Positions 27,142 to 37,901 of a DNA stretch of 64,000 nucleotides are shown in pieces (the first letter of the stretch is position 1; every line of letters begins with the position of its first letter). A model generated the notes under the pieces. That model did not search any database, was not told where the DNA came from, and saw only the letters and a program-made list of their open reading frames with translations. This stretch comes from an uncultured Planctomycetia bacterium (GTDB lineage Bacteria; Omnitrophota; Gorgyraeia; Duberdicusellales; 4484-171): positions 4,394-68,393 of the forward strand of contig CAZAYU010000001.1 in NCBI GenBank assembly GCA_964489445.1, given 5' to 3'. The position numbers and the translations under genes are program-made.

Positions 27142-27954
27142 ATGAAACGTATTATTCACTTAAGCGATTTACATGTAGGGCACAAAGACTTTGACCGGCG
27201 CTTTGAAGTTATTTGTAATAATTTAATCGCCCAAATAGGAAACCAAGCGGTTAATCACGTTATTGTTATCACCGGAGACTTGGTAGATAATGCTAACAAT
27301 CATAACAATTATACTAAAGTAAAGATACAGCTGGAACGTTTAAAATGTGCAGGATTTGAGCATATCTTAGTTGTGCCAGGAAACCATGATTACGGCACTG
27401 GTCAATACGGTAATAAAAAATTTGTAAAACTATTCCGGCAGACTTTCTATCAAGATGAGATAGACTATCCACGAAAGGATATTATTGATGGTGTCGCCTT
27501 CATTGGCCTTGATTCAACCGCCGAAGAACTTCACTTTTACGATAGATTCTTTTCTGAAGGTGAGCTAGGACACAATCAATTACAGCGCCTAAGTGATACT
27601 TTAAAAGCCGAAGATGTACAGCGTTGTAAAAAACGAGTAATTTATTTGCATCATCACCCCTTTGACTGGCGACCATTACACCAGTTAAAGGATTCACATC
27701 GGCTAAAAAAATTATTAACAAGTACTATTGCTAGTGGAACTTCCATTGATGCTCTTTTATACGGTCACAATCATCAAGGTAAATCTTGCAATGGCCAATG
27801 GACAATCGCCCGCTGCTACGATGGGGGAACCGCCACATTTAAACGACGATGTTCTTTTTTAGAATGGATTCCTTTCTTAAGCGTAAGGTCTTCTGCACGA
27901 TTAATCGATATCGAAAAAGAGGACCTATCCAACGATCATGCTTTATCACTTTGA
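27142..27954 (+). CDS. metallophosphoesterase (calcineurin-like)
   Basis: Metal-ligand motifs DLHVGH, GDLVDN, GNHD and GHNHQ. Confidence 0.8.
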   Translation: MKRIIHLSDLHVGHKDFDRRFEVICNNLIAQIGNQAVNHVIVITGDLVDNANNHNNYTKVKIQLERLKCAGFEHILVVPGNHDYGTGQYGNKKFVKLFRQTFYQDEIDYPRKDIIDGVAFIGLDSTAEELHFYDRFFSEGELGHNQLQRLSDTLKAEDVQRCKKRVIYLHHHPFDWRPLHQLKDSHRLKKLLTSTIASGTSIDALLYGHNHQGKSCNGQWTIARCYDGGTATFKRRCSFLEWIPFLSVRSSARLIDIEKEDLSNDHALSL

Positions 27955-28008
27955 TTAAATAAACGAGGCATTTAACCTGAGGCACCACCATGCTCAGCTG
28001 TAAAGAAA

Positions 28009-28437
28009 TTATTCTTTGTCTTTTAATTTTGCAAGAAGTCTATTAATTTTATCGACTAATGGCTCGAACTTATCACCTGTTCGGATATTTATTGGTTCAT
28101 TACTGGAATTTTCAATGCGGCTATTAAGGTCGTTGTCTACCCTATCAAAAGGCCCGATGATTACTTGAGTTATTCGATGCGCAACAAACAATATCGTTGA
28201 GATTACAAGAGGTAAAAGTATCGCTAAAATTATTGTTACTTTTTTCGCGGCCGGAATAATATTCTGAGCAATTACCTCCGGGATCATAATCTGTGTTGCC
28301 ACAATATCGAATATTAAATAATAAAGACAAAGAACAGCAATAATCACCGGAAACAGTATAGCCGCAAAAATTAACAATATTGCTTGCCTATGAAATTTAT
28401 TAGCAAATATCTTGATTCGTTTATTTTTTATCATCAT
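28009..28437 (-). CDS. hypothetical membrane protein
   Basis: Three predicted transmembrane helices. Its start overlaps the stop of the upstream minus-strand gene by 4 nt. Confidence 0.5.
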   Translation of the reverse strand: MMIKNKRIKIFANKFHRQAILLIFAAILFPVIIAVLCLYYLIFDIVATQIMIPEVIAQNIIPAAKKVTIILAILLPLVISTILFVAHRITQVIIGPFDRVDNDLNSRIENSSNEPINIRTGDKFEPLVDKINRLLAKLKDKE

Positions 28438-29108
28438 TTTTTATACCTCACTTTTATATTTGTGTATAGCGCTTCCGCAGTAGAAAGCGTATTATCAGTA
28501 TCCGTTACCAGCGCAATAGCTCCTACACGCCCGGGAGGCCGGCCAAAGGCTCTTTTGTAATCATCATAAATATTCCTTTCTTCTTCAACCCATTCACCTA
28601 GATTATCCTTTCCAGACTCTAGTGTTATCAGCCGTATATTCTTTGAATAAGGGCTTTTACTTATCATCCCTTCAGGTATTTTTTCATCCCAAACATACTC
28701 AATACACTTTATTCTGGTAAAAATCCAACTGGGAAAAATAACATATACCCGTGCCGCATAGTCATCTTTTTCTACCCACCCGCCTTTTGTCAATTTTATA
28801 TTATTCTTTTCCGGAAATTTTATTACTTTCCATTTCCAACTAATCATCGGATATATTCGCGGATTAAATTTGATTCTGTACATTAGTCCGGAATTAGCTT
28901 TATCACTTGTTGCAGAAAGATAGCCACCTTCTTTTTTTGGTTCTACTTTATAAAGAACTTTGTTCTTAAATACCTTTTCTTCCCATTCTTGCAAGGCTAT
29001 GCTAGTATTAAACGGAAACCATTTATAATTATGACGAGAATAGGCATAAAAAGTAGAGGAGATAACCGCTAACACTATAAGAGAAACCAGAAACCTTAAA
29101 ACACCCAT
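28434..29108 (-). CDS. hypothetical secreted protein (DUF3047-like)
   Basis: Signal peptide LVSLIVLAVISSTFYA. Size and conserved W/Y pattern resemble DUF3047. Forms an operon with 28009-28437. Confidence 0.5.
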   Translation of the reverse strand: MGVLRFLVSLIVLAVISSTFYAYSRHNYKWFPFNTSIALQEWEEKVFKNKVLYKVEPKKEGGYLSATSDKANSGLMYRIKFNPRIYPMISWKWKVIKFPEKNNIKLTKGGWVEKDDYAARVYVIFPSWIFTRIKCIEYVWDEKIPEGMISKSPYSKNIRLITLESGKDNLGEWVEEERNIYDDYKRAFGRPPGRVGAIALVTDTDNTLSTAEALYTNIKVRYKK

Positions 29109-29229
29109 AGTTTTTATTTTAACGCCTGTTTATTTATTGGTCAAATAATTATTCTAATAATTTACTCTCTTTATTGATGATTTTTTGGTAGAATGCATTT
29201 ACTATTTTAAAAGGAAATAATTAACTACT

Positions 29230-30765
29230 ATGGGATATAAAGAAATTTCACTAAAATTACCTACTGATTACACTGATGATCAACTTCAGAAGAAAATCAA
29301 AAAAGTAATCAACATAAAAGAGTTCTCCTACCAAGTTAAAAGAAAAAGTCTTGATGCACGAAAAAAAACAGATATTTGTTGGCATATTCTAGTTTCTATC
29401 GCATCAAAAAAAATTAAGGGCCCTGATTTGCCAGTAACCCCATCTTTGAATATCCCTTATAAAAAAAGAAAAAAAGATGTACTTGTTGTAGGTAGCGGCC
29501 CAGCAGGATTCTTCTGCGCTTTTGTCCTTCAAAAAGCAGGATTTAACACAACTTTAATTGAAAGAGGCTCAGACGTTAAAAAAAGAACTAAAGAAATCGG
29601 AAAATTTGAAAAAACAGGACTATTTAATTCTGATAACAACTACGCATTTGGTGAAGGAGGCGCAGGCACATTTTCTGACGGAAAACTTACCTCAAGATCA
29701 AAACACATATCTCAAGAAAGGGAATTAATTCTGTCTACCTACATTAACGCCGGCGCACCAGACGAAATAAACTATCTGGCACATCCTCACCTAGGCAGTG
29801 ACAATCTTATTAAGATTGTTCCAAAGTTAAGAGAAGCCTTCTTGGATATAGGCGGAAAAGTGCTCTTTGAAACATTACTAGAGGATATAAAAATTAAAAA
29901 TAATCTAGTACACTGGGCAATTACAACTTCCGGCGAAATTAAAGCCGATGAGTTTATTATTGCTCCGGGTCATTCTGCCTACGAAACATACCGAATGCTA
30001 ATCAAAAGGGGAATAGGATTTCGTACAAAAAATTTTGCTATTGGGCATCGTATAGAACATCTTCAAGAGATTATCAACAATGCACAATGGGGCCAAAAAA
30101 GCTTACCGAAAGTTAAAGCTGCTGAATACCGTCTTACATCAAAAGGAGATGGTGATATTCCAGTCTATACGTTTTGCATGTGTCCCGGGGGAAGCATTAT
30201 TCCGGCTTCTGCATACAAAAACACAAACATTTTAAACGGAATGAGCACTTACAGCCGAGACGGGAAATTTGCTAATGCTGCTTGTGTAGCCGGAATAAAC
30301 CTGGATAAATTAACTGGCAAGCAGACATCACCTCTAGAAGCACTCAAATGGTTGGAAAACATTGAACAACAATTCTACAAACACTCAAATAGCTTCCAGA
30401 TTCCATCGTGCAGCATTGCTGACTTTATTAATCAAAAAATTAATTCAAGCATCGCAAAATCAAGTTATTCCTTGGGACTTACGCCCGCAGCTTTGTGGAA
30501 TTTGTTACCTTTTGAGGTGAGCAACTCAATAAGAAAAGGGCTTAAGGATTTTATTGGAAAAATAAAAGGATTTGAAACAGGCATGATTATGGGGCTCGAC
30601 AGCAAAAGCTCATCGCCAATCCAAGCTCTCCGGGAAAGAAACTATCTCTGCTTTGGATTTGAGAATATTTATATAGCCGGAGAAGGTAGTGGATATTCCG
30701 GAGGAATAATATCCAGTGGTGCAGATGGCATAAAAACAGCCATGGCAATCATTAATAAACACTAA
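29230..30765 (+). CDS. FAD-dependent oxidoreductase (COG2509-like)
   Basis: Rossmann dinucleotide motif VLVVGSGPAGFFCA...ERG. About 510 aa with a characteristic C-terminal domain. Confidence 0.7.
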   Translation: MGYKEISLKLPTDYTDDQLQKKIKKVINIKEFSYQVKRKSLDARKKTDICWHILVSIASKKIKGPDLPVTPSLNIPYKKRKKDVLVVGSGPAGFFCAFVLQKAGFNTTLIERGSDVKKRTKEIGKFEKTGLFNSDNNYAFGEGGAGTFSDGKLTSRSKHISQERELILSTYINAGAPDEINYLAHPHLGSDNLIKIVPKLREAFLDIGGKVLFETLLEDIKIKNNLVHWAITTSGEIKADEFIIAPGHSAYETYRMLIKRGIGFRTKNFAIGHRIEHLQEIINNAQWGQKSLPKVKAAEYRLTSKGDGDIPVYTFCMCPGGSIIPASAYKNTNILNGMSTYSRDGKFANAACVAGINLDKLTGKQTSPLEALKWLENIEQQFYKHSNSFQIPSCSIADFINQKINSSIAKSSYSLGLTPAALWNLLPFEVSNSIRKGLKDFIGKIKGFETGMIMGLDSKSSSPIQALRERNYLCFGFENIYIAGEGSGYSGGIISSGADGIKTAMAIINKH

Positions 30766-30947
30766 TTCATTGAAAACCGGGAGAAAACGAATAAATTTGT
30801 TTACAATTGTAAAATAACGCTAATTATGTTATAATTATGGATAAATAAGAAAGAATTCGTCTACATTAAAGGAATCCCTCCAATGCCGTTTAATGACAAA
30901 TCCTTTCCTAAGAGTTTATTTATATCACATTAAATAAAAGGAGTATC

Positions 30948-31415
30948 GTGGAAAAACATCGTAAACGTAAAAGTTTATCACTATCACCAAAAAATGAATC
31001 CGGCATAGCTGGCCCAATCCATAGAATGCAACAACAATTAAATGCTATGGAAAAAAAGTTGGATATTTTAATCGGTCAGTCTTCGGCAAGGCCTAACGAA
31101 AAAAACTACACTCAAGCTAATAGCTATCACCGAGATAGAGAAAGACACGACAGCTATCACGAGGATAAAACTTTTACTCGTGTTACTTGTTCAGACTGCA
31201 GTAAAGAGTGCGAAGTCCCTTTTAAACCAAGCGGCGACCGCCCAATATACTGCCGAGAATGCTTTTCAAAACACAAAAAAGATAATCCTTTTGATGCAAC
31301 CCGAAACGATAAGCCAAAAAAAAGAAATTTCTCTTGGGAAAACCACTCTGACAAAAAAACAAAACCATTTAAAAAAAATGAATCATTTTTTACACGCAAA
31401 AAAAAACGTATTTAG
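30948..31415 (+). CDS. basic protein with a CxxC...CxxC zinc ribbon
   Basis: RBS AAAGGAG. CSDCSKECEVPFKPSGDRPIYCRECF flanked by Lys/Arg-rich tails. Confidence 0.55.
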   Translation: MEKHRKRKSLSLSPKNESGIAGPIHRMQQQLNAMEKKLDILIGQSSARPNEKNYTQANSYHRDRERHDSYHEDKTFTRVTCSDCSKECEVPFKPSGDRPIYCRECFSKHKKDNPFDATRNDKPKKRNFSWENHSDKKTKPFKKNESFFTRKKKRI

Positions 31416-31447
31416 GTGTCGTATAGAAACCCAAGGAGAAAAAATAT

Positions 31448-31558
31448 ATGTCTAAAAGCCATGATGCCAAAAAAAGCATAAAAAAGAAAGCAGAAAAAAC
31501 ATTGAAAGAAAAACGATTAGAAAAAAAGCAACAAAAAAGTAAAAAAGATTATGCATAA
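31448..31558 (+). CDS. tiny lysine-rich ORF (36 aa, [36 protein letters not shown])
   Basis: RBS GGAGAAAA 6 nt upstream. Its stop overlaps the start of the next gene (ATGCATAAAG). Confidence 0.3.
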   Translation: MSKSHDAKKSIKKKAEKTLKEKRLEKKQQKSKKDYA

Positions 31559-31790
31559 AGACCCTTTGCACGGGGTCACCTTAAAAATAATTCTAGTCAA
31601 CTTAGAAGCTTGGTGCGGATGGAAAATGTTAGGTGAAAACATTAATATTCGTTGTTTCACTAACAACCCCAGCATAAACTCAAGTTTAAAATTCCTAAGG
31701 AAGACTCCTTGGGCAAGAAAAAAAGTCGAGATTTTTTATTTAAAAACGTTGAGGAATCGCAAGAAAAACACGGTAGACAAACATAATTAA
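31551..31790 (+). CDS. VF530/DUF2132-family small DNA-binding-like protein
   Basis: [55 protein letters not shown] matches the conserved VF530 pattern. Confidence 0.6.
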   Translation: MHKDPLHGVTLKIILVNLEAWCGWKMLGENINIRCFTNNPSINSSLKFLRKTPWARKKVEIFYLKTLRNRKKNTVDKHN

Positions 31791-31791
31791 T

Positions 31792-33135
31792 ATGAATAAA
31801 CCACAACCCAAATCATCTCATCCATACACTGCACCCCAGGGAGCATTCACTCAGCTAATTCTTGAATTGCAGCAGGCAGTATCCGACCGTGGCTACCATA
31901 CGCCTACACCAATCCAGGAAAAAGTAATCAAACCTTTACTCAACGGACGAGATTTGATCGGCTGTGCACAAACGGGCACCGGAAAAACTGCCGCGTTCAT
32001 ACTGCCAATATTGCAATATTTAACAAAAAATTCACGCCCTCGGGTACGAAATAAAAATCGCGTATTAGTCTTAGCGCCTACCCGTGAATTAGCCGCCCAA
32101 ATCGGCGATAGCATTAAGAATTATGGGCGATATCTAAAAATATCTCATACAGTTATTTTTGGCGGCGTCGGCCAAAACCCTCAAGTACGCGCGCTGGTAC
32201 GTGGTGTAGATATTGTTACAGCCACCCCCGGACGCCTGCTAGATTTAATTAACCAACGCCACATAAATCTCGACAATACAGAAATCCTTGTATTAGATGA
32301 AGCAGACCGGATGCTTGACATGGGTTTTATCTACGATGTTCAAAAAATAATCTCTAAGCTTCCTAAAAAGAGGCAGACTCTTTTTTTCTCAGCCACTATG
32401 GATCCAGAAGTAATTAAGCTCTCGGAAGAAATTGTAAACGATGCTGTTTTTGTCAAGATAACTCCCGACAAACCTGCAGTAGAGCGTATTATCCAAAAAG
32501 TATTTTTCGTAGATAAAAATCGCAAAGATGCTCTGTTGACTCAGCTTCTTAGAGCCAAGCATCTAAGCCGAGTATTAGTTTTTGTCCAAATGAAGCATTC
32601 CGCCGATAAAGTCGTTAGGCAGCTACACTCGTCTAGCATCAGCGCTGTAGCAATTCACGGCAACAAAAGCCAAACTGCACGCACCGCAGCATTAGCCAAG
32701 TTTAAGCTGGGCCAAATTCGTGTTTTAGTAGCTACTGATATTGCCGCTCGCGGAATAGACGTTGATTCGATTTCACATGTGATAAATTATGATCTCCCAA
32801 ACACCCCGAATACTTATGTACACCGTATCGGGCGAACCGCCCGAGCCGGCGCTGAAGGCGATGCTGTTTCATTTTGCTCGGCGCCAGACCGAGATTGCTT
32901 GCGTGCAATAGAAAAAATGCTGCACATGAAAATTTCTGTTGACCGTGATAGTTCTTTTCACTCTCAAACAGCTGAGTTTGCTACCGGAGCCGCAGCGCGC
33001 CCCTTGCCTAGAGGTAGAGGGTCTAGCCGCTCCTTAAGCAGCGCTGCCAAGAGAGAAAAACGCCCAAATCCTGCACGATGGCAAAAAACCAAAAGTAGCA
33101 GCAGAAACACCACATATCGTCGTCGATATAAATAA
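31792..33135 (+). CDS. DEAD-box ATP-dependent RNA helicase
   Basis: TPTPIQ (Q-motif region), AQTGTGKTAAF (motif I), VLDEAD (motif II), SAT, HRIGRTARAG (motif VI) and an Arg/Ser-rich C-terminus. Confidence 0.9.
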   Translation: MNKPQPKSSHPYTAPQGAFTQLILELQQAVSDRGYHTPTPIQEKVIKPLLNGRDLIGCAQTGTGKTAAFILPILQYLTKNSRPRVRNKNRVLVLAPTRELAAQIGDSIKNYGRYLKISHTVIFGGVGQNPQVRALVRGVDIVTATPGRLLDLINQRHINLDNTEILVLDEADRMLDMGFIYDVQKIISKLPKKRQTLFFSATMDPEVIKLSEEIVNDAVFVKITPDKPAVERIIQKVFFVDKNRKDALLTQLLRAKHLSRVLVFVQMKHSADKVVRQLHSSSISAVAIHGNKSQTARTAALAKFKLGQIRVLVATDIAARGIDVDSISHVINYDLPNTPNTYVHRIGRTARAGAEGDAVSFCSAPDRDCLRAIEKMLHMKISVDRDSSFHSQTAEFATGAAARPLPRGRGSSRSLSSAAKREKRPNPARWQKTKSSSRNTTYRRRYK

Positions 33136-33165
33136 AAAAAGAAATAAATACCTATTCATTAAGCA

Positions 33166-34218
33166 ATGAATAATATAGCTAACGACTCGCCCAAGCCTAA
33201 CCGCCGCATTCGCTACAAAGGCACACACCCACGCTATTTTGAAGAAAAATATAAGGAACTTAATTTTGAAAAATATATTCCTGATATGCAAAAAATCATC
33301 GAATCTGGAAAAACTCCCGCCGGCACCCACAGACCAGTATGCGTGAATGAAATATTAGCCATTCTAAAGCCTTCACCCGGTCAAATCGGACTAGACGCAA
33401 CATTAGGCTTTGGTGGACATACCATTGAACTACTCAAAAAAATTACTCCTGGAGGTCAATTGTTTGGATTAGAAATCGATTCTTTAGAACTTGCACGTAC
33501 AGAAAAACGCTTACAATCATTAGGGTTCAGTGATAAAGAGCTAGTCACTAAATGCATTAACTTTGCCGGAATGTTTAAACTACTACATGAAGCCGGTGGA
33601 GGTTTTGATTTTGTTCTTGCTGATTTAGGAATGTCATCAATGCAATTAGACAATCCAAAGCGCGGGTTTACTTTTAAACATGAAGGACCACTAGACTTAC
33701 GGTTTAACCCCAAGCGCGGCCAATCGGCAGAATCCTTAATAAAAACACTAAGCGAAGAACAGCTAGAGAAAATATTTATTGATAACTCTGACGAGCCATA
33801 CGCCTGGTTGATCGCTCAGGCAATTTTTAAAAATAAAAATAAAATCAACACAACTACAGAACTAGCAAATATTGTTGCTTACACATTAGGCCACGAATCG
33901 TATCTTGACTGTGGTAAAAAAACAACAGATTCTATCCGGAGAATCTTTCAAGCACTACGTATAGAAGTTAATAATGAATTTTCTGTGCTTGAGCAATTCT
34001 TACGAAATTTACCTTTTTGTCTTAAAAGCCAAGGACGCGTTGCAATTTTAAGTTTTCATTCCGGTGAACATAAGCGAATTGTAAACTTTTTTAATAAGGA
34101 TTTAGACGCTGGTTTATATTCGGATATCAGCTACGAGCCCTTACGCCCCAGCGCAAAAGAGCAATATTCCAATCCTCGCTCTAAAAGCGCTTTTTTATAC
34201 TGGGCAATAAAAAAATAA
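33166..34218 (+). CDS. rsmH: 16S rRNA (cytosine1402-N4)-methyltransferase
   Basis: HRPVCVNEIL...DATLGFGGHT is the RsmH/MraW signature. It has an N-terminal extension of about 40 aa. Confidence 0.8.
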   Translation: MNNIANDSPKPNRRIRYKGTHPRYFEEKYKELNFEKYIPDMQKIIESGKTPAGTHRPVCVNEILAILKPSPGQIGLDATLGFGGHTIELLKKITPGGQLFGLEIDSLELARTEKRLQSLGFSDKELVTKCINFAGMFKLLHEAGGGFDFVLADLGMSSMQLDNPKRGFTFKHEGPLDLRFNPKRGQSAESLIKTLSEEQLEKIFIDNSDEPYAWLIAQAIFKNKNKINTTTELANIVAYTLGHESYLDCGKKTTDSIRRIFQALRIEVNNEFSVLEQFLRNLPFCLKSQGRVAILSFHSGEHKRIVNFFNKDLDAGLYSDISYEPLRPSAKEQYSNPRSKSAFLYWAIKK

Positions 34219-34331
34219 AGATACTCTTTTGAAAAAAACATTTGAAATTTTAGCCCTAAGTTATATTATGTAGTATAAGAAAACACGGGAATATTCCTTA
34301 TAAAAAATATATTTTGCCTAGCAAATAATTT

Positions 34332-35156
34332 ATGAAAATCAATATCGGATACTTTACATCAACCGGAAATACATTGTGGCTCGGACTAAAGGCCAAGGAA
34401 ATAATGGAACGCCAAGGCCACTCAGTAGAATTATGCGAAATAATTAAAGATGCGTCAGATTTTCAACAAAAAGATTGTGAGATTATCGGTTTTTTTTATC
34501 CAGTGTGGGGTTCTAATCCACCTGACCCGCTAGTAGACTACCTAACAAATATGCCTGAAGGAAACGGAAAAAAACTTTTCCTGATAGGAAATTGCTGCGC
34601 ATTTACCGGAGACACCGGACTTCGCTGGAAAAAAATACTTCAAAAAAAAGGATATAACGTCTTTTATATAAGTCACATAATCATGCCCACAAATATAAAT
34701 ATTCCCTGGCTTCCGGAAAACATAATAAAACAAGTTCCCGGAGAAGAGGAATTAAAGAAGATACTTTCTGAGGCAGAAAAAAAGCTTAAAAGTATCTGCT
34801 GCGCAATTTTAAATAACAAACAAAAAACCGAAGGAAGGGGACCATTCTCTCGTTTAGGAGGATATTTGCAAAGAAAATTCTACTGGACCGCAAACTGGTA
34901 TAAATCCCGCTTTTCAATAAACGAAAAACTTTGTATAAAATGCGGTCTATGTTACAGAATATGCCCTACAAATAATATATCTCGGAAAGAAAATGGAGAA
35001 ATCACTTTCGGTAGTAAATGTATCCTCTGCGTAAAGTGTTACAATCTATGTCCTAAAAACGCAATTTTGATTTGCCAACAAAGCACTAACGACAAAAAAT
35101 ATCGAAGGTATAAAGGACCAGACAAAACAATAAAACCCATTGAATATCGTAAATAA
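34332..35156 (+). CDS. flavodoxin-like domain plus 2x[4Fe-4S] ferredoxin domain protein (EFR1-type)
   Basis: N-terminal YFTSTGNT flavodoxin-like P-loop. C-terminal CIKCGLCYRICP and CILCVKCYNLCP cluster motifs. Confidence 0.65.
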   Translation: MKINIGYFTSTGNTLWLGLKAKEIMERQGHSVELCEIIKDASDFQQKDCEIIGFFYPVWGSNPPDPLVDYLTNMPEGNGKKLFLIGNCCAFTGDTGLRWKKILQKKGYNVFYISHIIMPTNINIPWLPENIIKQVPGEEELKKILSEAEKKLKSICCAILNNKQKTEGRGPFSRLGGYLQRKFYWTANWYKSRFSINEKLCIKCGLCYRICPTNNISRKENGEITFGSKCILCVKCYNLCPKNAILICQQSTNDKKYRRYKGPDKTIKPIEYRK

Positions 35157-35202
35157 CACAGGGGATGTCTAAATATAAGCCTACGCTGTTACCATTATAT
35201 TT

Positions 35203-36882
35203 ATGTTAGGCAACATCACAATAAGAAATTTTGGCTTAATTGATAATTTAAATTTAGAACTAAGCCCTGGTCTTAACGCTTTAAGCGGTGAAACCGGTGC
35301 CGGTAAATCAATTATTATTGAAGCTTTAAGGGTTTGCCTGGGCCTGCGAATAAACCAATCACAAATTCGCAACCCTAAATTACCTTGCATCATTGAAACA
35401 GTATTTGAGTTGCACAACGAAATTATAAAGCGAAATGCTATACTTGCTGATTTTTTAGACAAAGAAGAAAATTCTTTGATTATATCCCGCACTTACACGC
35501 CCGAAGGAAAGAACAAAATTAAGATAAATGGATTAAATGCTACTGTTGCCCAACTAAAAACAATCGGCAACTTACTAATCGATTTGCATGGTCCCCATGA
35601 TCATCAAATGTTGTTACTAAAAGAATCTCACGTTACAATCATCGATCAGTTAAGCAATGTTGATAGCCTGTTAACTATCTACCAGGATAACTTCGATAAA
35701 CTCAGTAAATTTAACCACCAGCTGCACGAGATTCAACAGAATATTCAATCACGAGAACGTGAACTCGACATGCTAAATTATCAAATAAAAGAGCTGTCTC
35801 AAGTTGAGTTGAACCCGGAAAAATATTTTGAGTACTTAAGAGAACAAACGAGAATAAATAACACTGAAACATTATGCCAATACGCCGGAGAGATAACTAC
35901 ATTTTTAGAGGACGATACTATTGGAATCGAAGAAAACATTAAGAAAGCCTTTACACTGATGAATAAACTTAACCAAATTGACGAAACAACTAAGGATTTT
36001 TCCCAAGATTTAAGCCTTATCCAAGAAACATCTAGCCAGCTATTATCCAAGCTTAGCGAATATAGCCAACATCTTAGCTTTGAACCCGGTCAAGCAGAGC
36101 AAATTAATAAAATCTGCGATATCTACAATAGTCTTTTGCGTAAATACGGACCAGATATTAAAGACTTAATTAATTTTTTCGAGCAAGCTCAGAAACGCCA
36201 TGAATTTCTCATAAATCTAGAACACAACGATAAAAACATTCAAGCAGAAAAAATACAGATAGAAAAGAAACTCAATCAATTTGCCGAACAAATAAGCAAA
36301 AAGCGCAACAAAACAGCAAAATCACTAAAAAGTATAGTTGAAAAGGAGCTTTTAGAGTTAGGATTTAATAAAGTGCTTTTTGATTGCCAGATTAAAAGAG
36401 TACTATTAAAAAACAATGGCTGCGACGATGTAGAATTCTATATTAGCCCCAACCCCGGGGAGCCTTTAAAGCCATTGGCTGATATTATTTCTTCAGGTGA
36501 ATCAGCAAGGGTTATGTTGGCTTTAAAAAAAGCATTAGTCAATGTTGACCCTGTGCCTGTGCTTATTTTTGACGAAATAGACGCTCAAATCGGAGGAAGA
36601 CTAGGTACAATTACTGGGACAAAACTAAAAGAACTGTCTTGTGGACGGCAAGTCATCGTTATAACTCATCTTCCACAAATAGCATCATTTGCTGATACTC
36701 ACTATAAGGTAGACAAACAGGTTGTAGACGGCCGAACATTAATTAGCGTTTTACCTCTAACCGCTAACAATAGAGTCAAAGAGCTAGCTCAAATGATGAG
36801 CGGAAAAAAAGAAAGTAAAATATCACTATCGCACGCCAAAGACATGCTCGCCCAAGCCCAGAGAGAATTAGTAATAACCTAA
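35203..36882 (+). CDS. recN: DNA repair protein RecN
   Basis: N-terminal LNALSGETGAGKSII Walker A, a long coiled-coil middle region, and a C-terminal LIFDEIDAQIGGR signature/Walker B region. Confidence 0.9.
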   Translation: MLGNITIRNFGLIDNLNLELSPGLNALSGETGAGKSIIIEALRVCLGLRINQSQIRNPKLPCIIETVFELHNEIIKRNAILADFLDKEENSLIISRTYTPEGKNKIKINGLNATVAQLKTIGNLLIDLHGPHDHQMLLLKESHVTIIDQLSNVDSLLTIYQDNFDKLSKFNHQLHEIQQNIQSRERELDMLNYQIKELSQVELNPEKYFEYLREQTRINNTETLCQYAGEITTFLEDDTIGIEENIKKAFTLMNKLNQIDETTKDFSQDLSLIQETSSQLLSKLSEYSQHLSFEPGQAEQINKICDIYNSLLRKYGPDIKDLINFFEQAQKRHEFLINLEHNDKNIQAEKIQIEKKLNQFAEQISKKRNKTAKSLKSIVEKELLELGFNKVLFDCQIKRVLLKNNGCDDVEFYISPNPGEPLKPLADIISSGESARVMLALKKALVNVDPVPVLIFDEIDAQIGGRLGTITGTKLKELSCGRQVIVITHLPQIASFADTHYKVDKQVVDGRTLISVLPLTANNRVKELAQMMSGKKESKISLSHAKDMLAQAQRELVIT

Positions 36883-36902
36883 CTAAAACACCATAAACAC
36901 AT

Positions 36903-37901
36903 ATGGTTAAAATTGGAAATATAAAACTCTCCAGCCCGATAATATTAGCACCAATGGCAGGTATTAGCTCATGCCCTTACCGGACAATTAACCGGAAAAT
37001 GGGCATTAAGCTAGCTTACACAGAGATGATCAGTGCTCGAGCTTTAAGCTACTTGAGCAAAGGAACCCAAGAAAGGCTTCGCAGCTGCCCTGATGAAGGG
37101 CCATTAGGGATTCAACTTCTGGGAAAAGATATCTGCTATATGCAAAAGGCTTTAGAAAAGCTTAGCAACTACAAATTTGATACTTTAGATTTCAATGCTG
37201 CTTGCCCGCAAAAAAAGGTTACTAATAACGGTAAGGGAGCTTATCTATTGAAAGAACCTCAAAAGTTGAACTCTTTGCTTAAATGCCTCATCCGGCAGAC
37301 ATCTAAGCCGATAACTTTAAAAATGCGCCTGGGATGGAATAACTCCAATAATGCCCTGGATATTGCTAAAGGAGCAGCTGATTGCGGAATATCAGCAATA
37401 TATGTACACGGACGAACCCGAAATCAGGAATACTGTCATGAAGTTGACTATGCATCCATAGCTAAAATTAAAAAGTCACTCAAAATTCCCGTTATTGGAA
37501 GTGGAAATATTCTCAGCGCTGAACTAGCCATGAAGATGTTTAATAAAACAAAAGTCGACGCTATAATGGTAGCTAGAGGAGCTTTGGGCAATCCCTGGAT
37601 ATTCCAGGAAATTAATAAGCTTCTAAAAAACGACCGAGAGATATCACGCCCAATAACAGATGAAATAGCTGCCCAAATATATACACACTTTGAATTAACT
37701 CTTAGTTTTTTTGGTGAGAAAACCGGAATCATTCGATTCAGAAAGTTTTTTCTTTGGTATGCCCGAAATTTTATTGATACTAAACACCTAAAAGCTAAAA
37801 TATCTCAAGTTAAAACTAAACCGCAAATGCTCAAATTAATAAATTTGCTGACTCAGAAAAGAATATCAGGATATCGACAATTTTATAATAAAAAAAATTA
37901 A
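36903..37901 (+). CDS. tRNA-dihydrouridine synthase (DusB-like)
   Basis: ILAPMAGIS...YR... N-terminal Dus motif, TIM-barrel FMN-binding pattern, and a C-terminal helical domain. Confidence 0.85.
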   Translation: MVKIGNIKLSSPIILAPMAGISSCPYRTINRKMGIKLAYTEMISARALSYLSKGTQERLRSCPDEGPLGIQLLGKDICYMQKALEKLSNYKFDTLDFNAACPQKKVTNNGKGAYLLKEPQKLNSLLKCLIRQTSKPITLKMRLGWNNSNNALDIAKGAADCGISAIYVHGRTRNQEYCHEVDYASIAKIKKSLKIPVIGSGNILSAELAMKMFNKTKVDAIMVARGALGNPWIFQEINKLLKNDREISRPITDEIAAQIYTHFELTLSFFGEKTGIIRFRKFFLWYARNFIDTKHLKAKISQVKTKPQMLKLINLLTQKRISGYRQFYNKKN

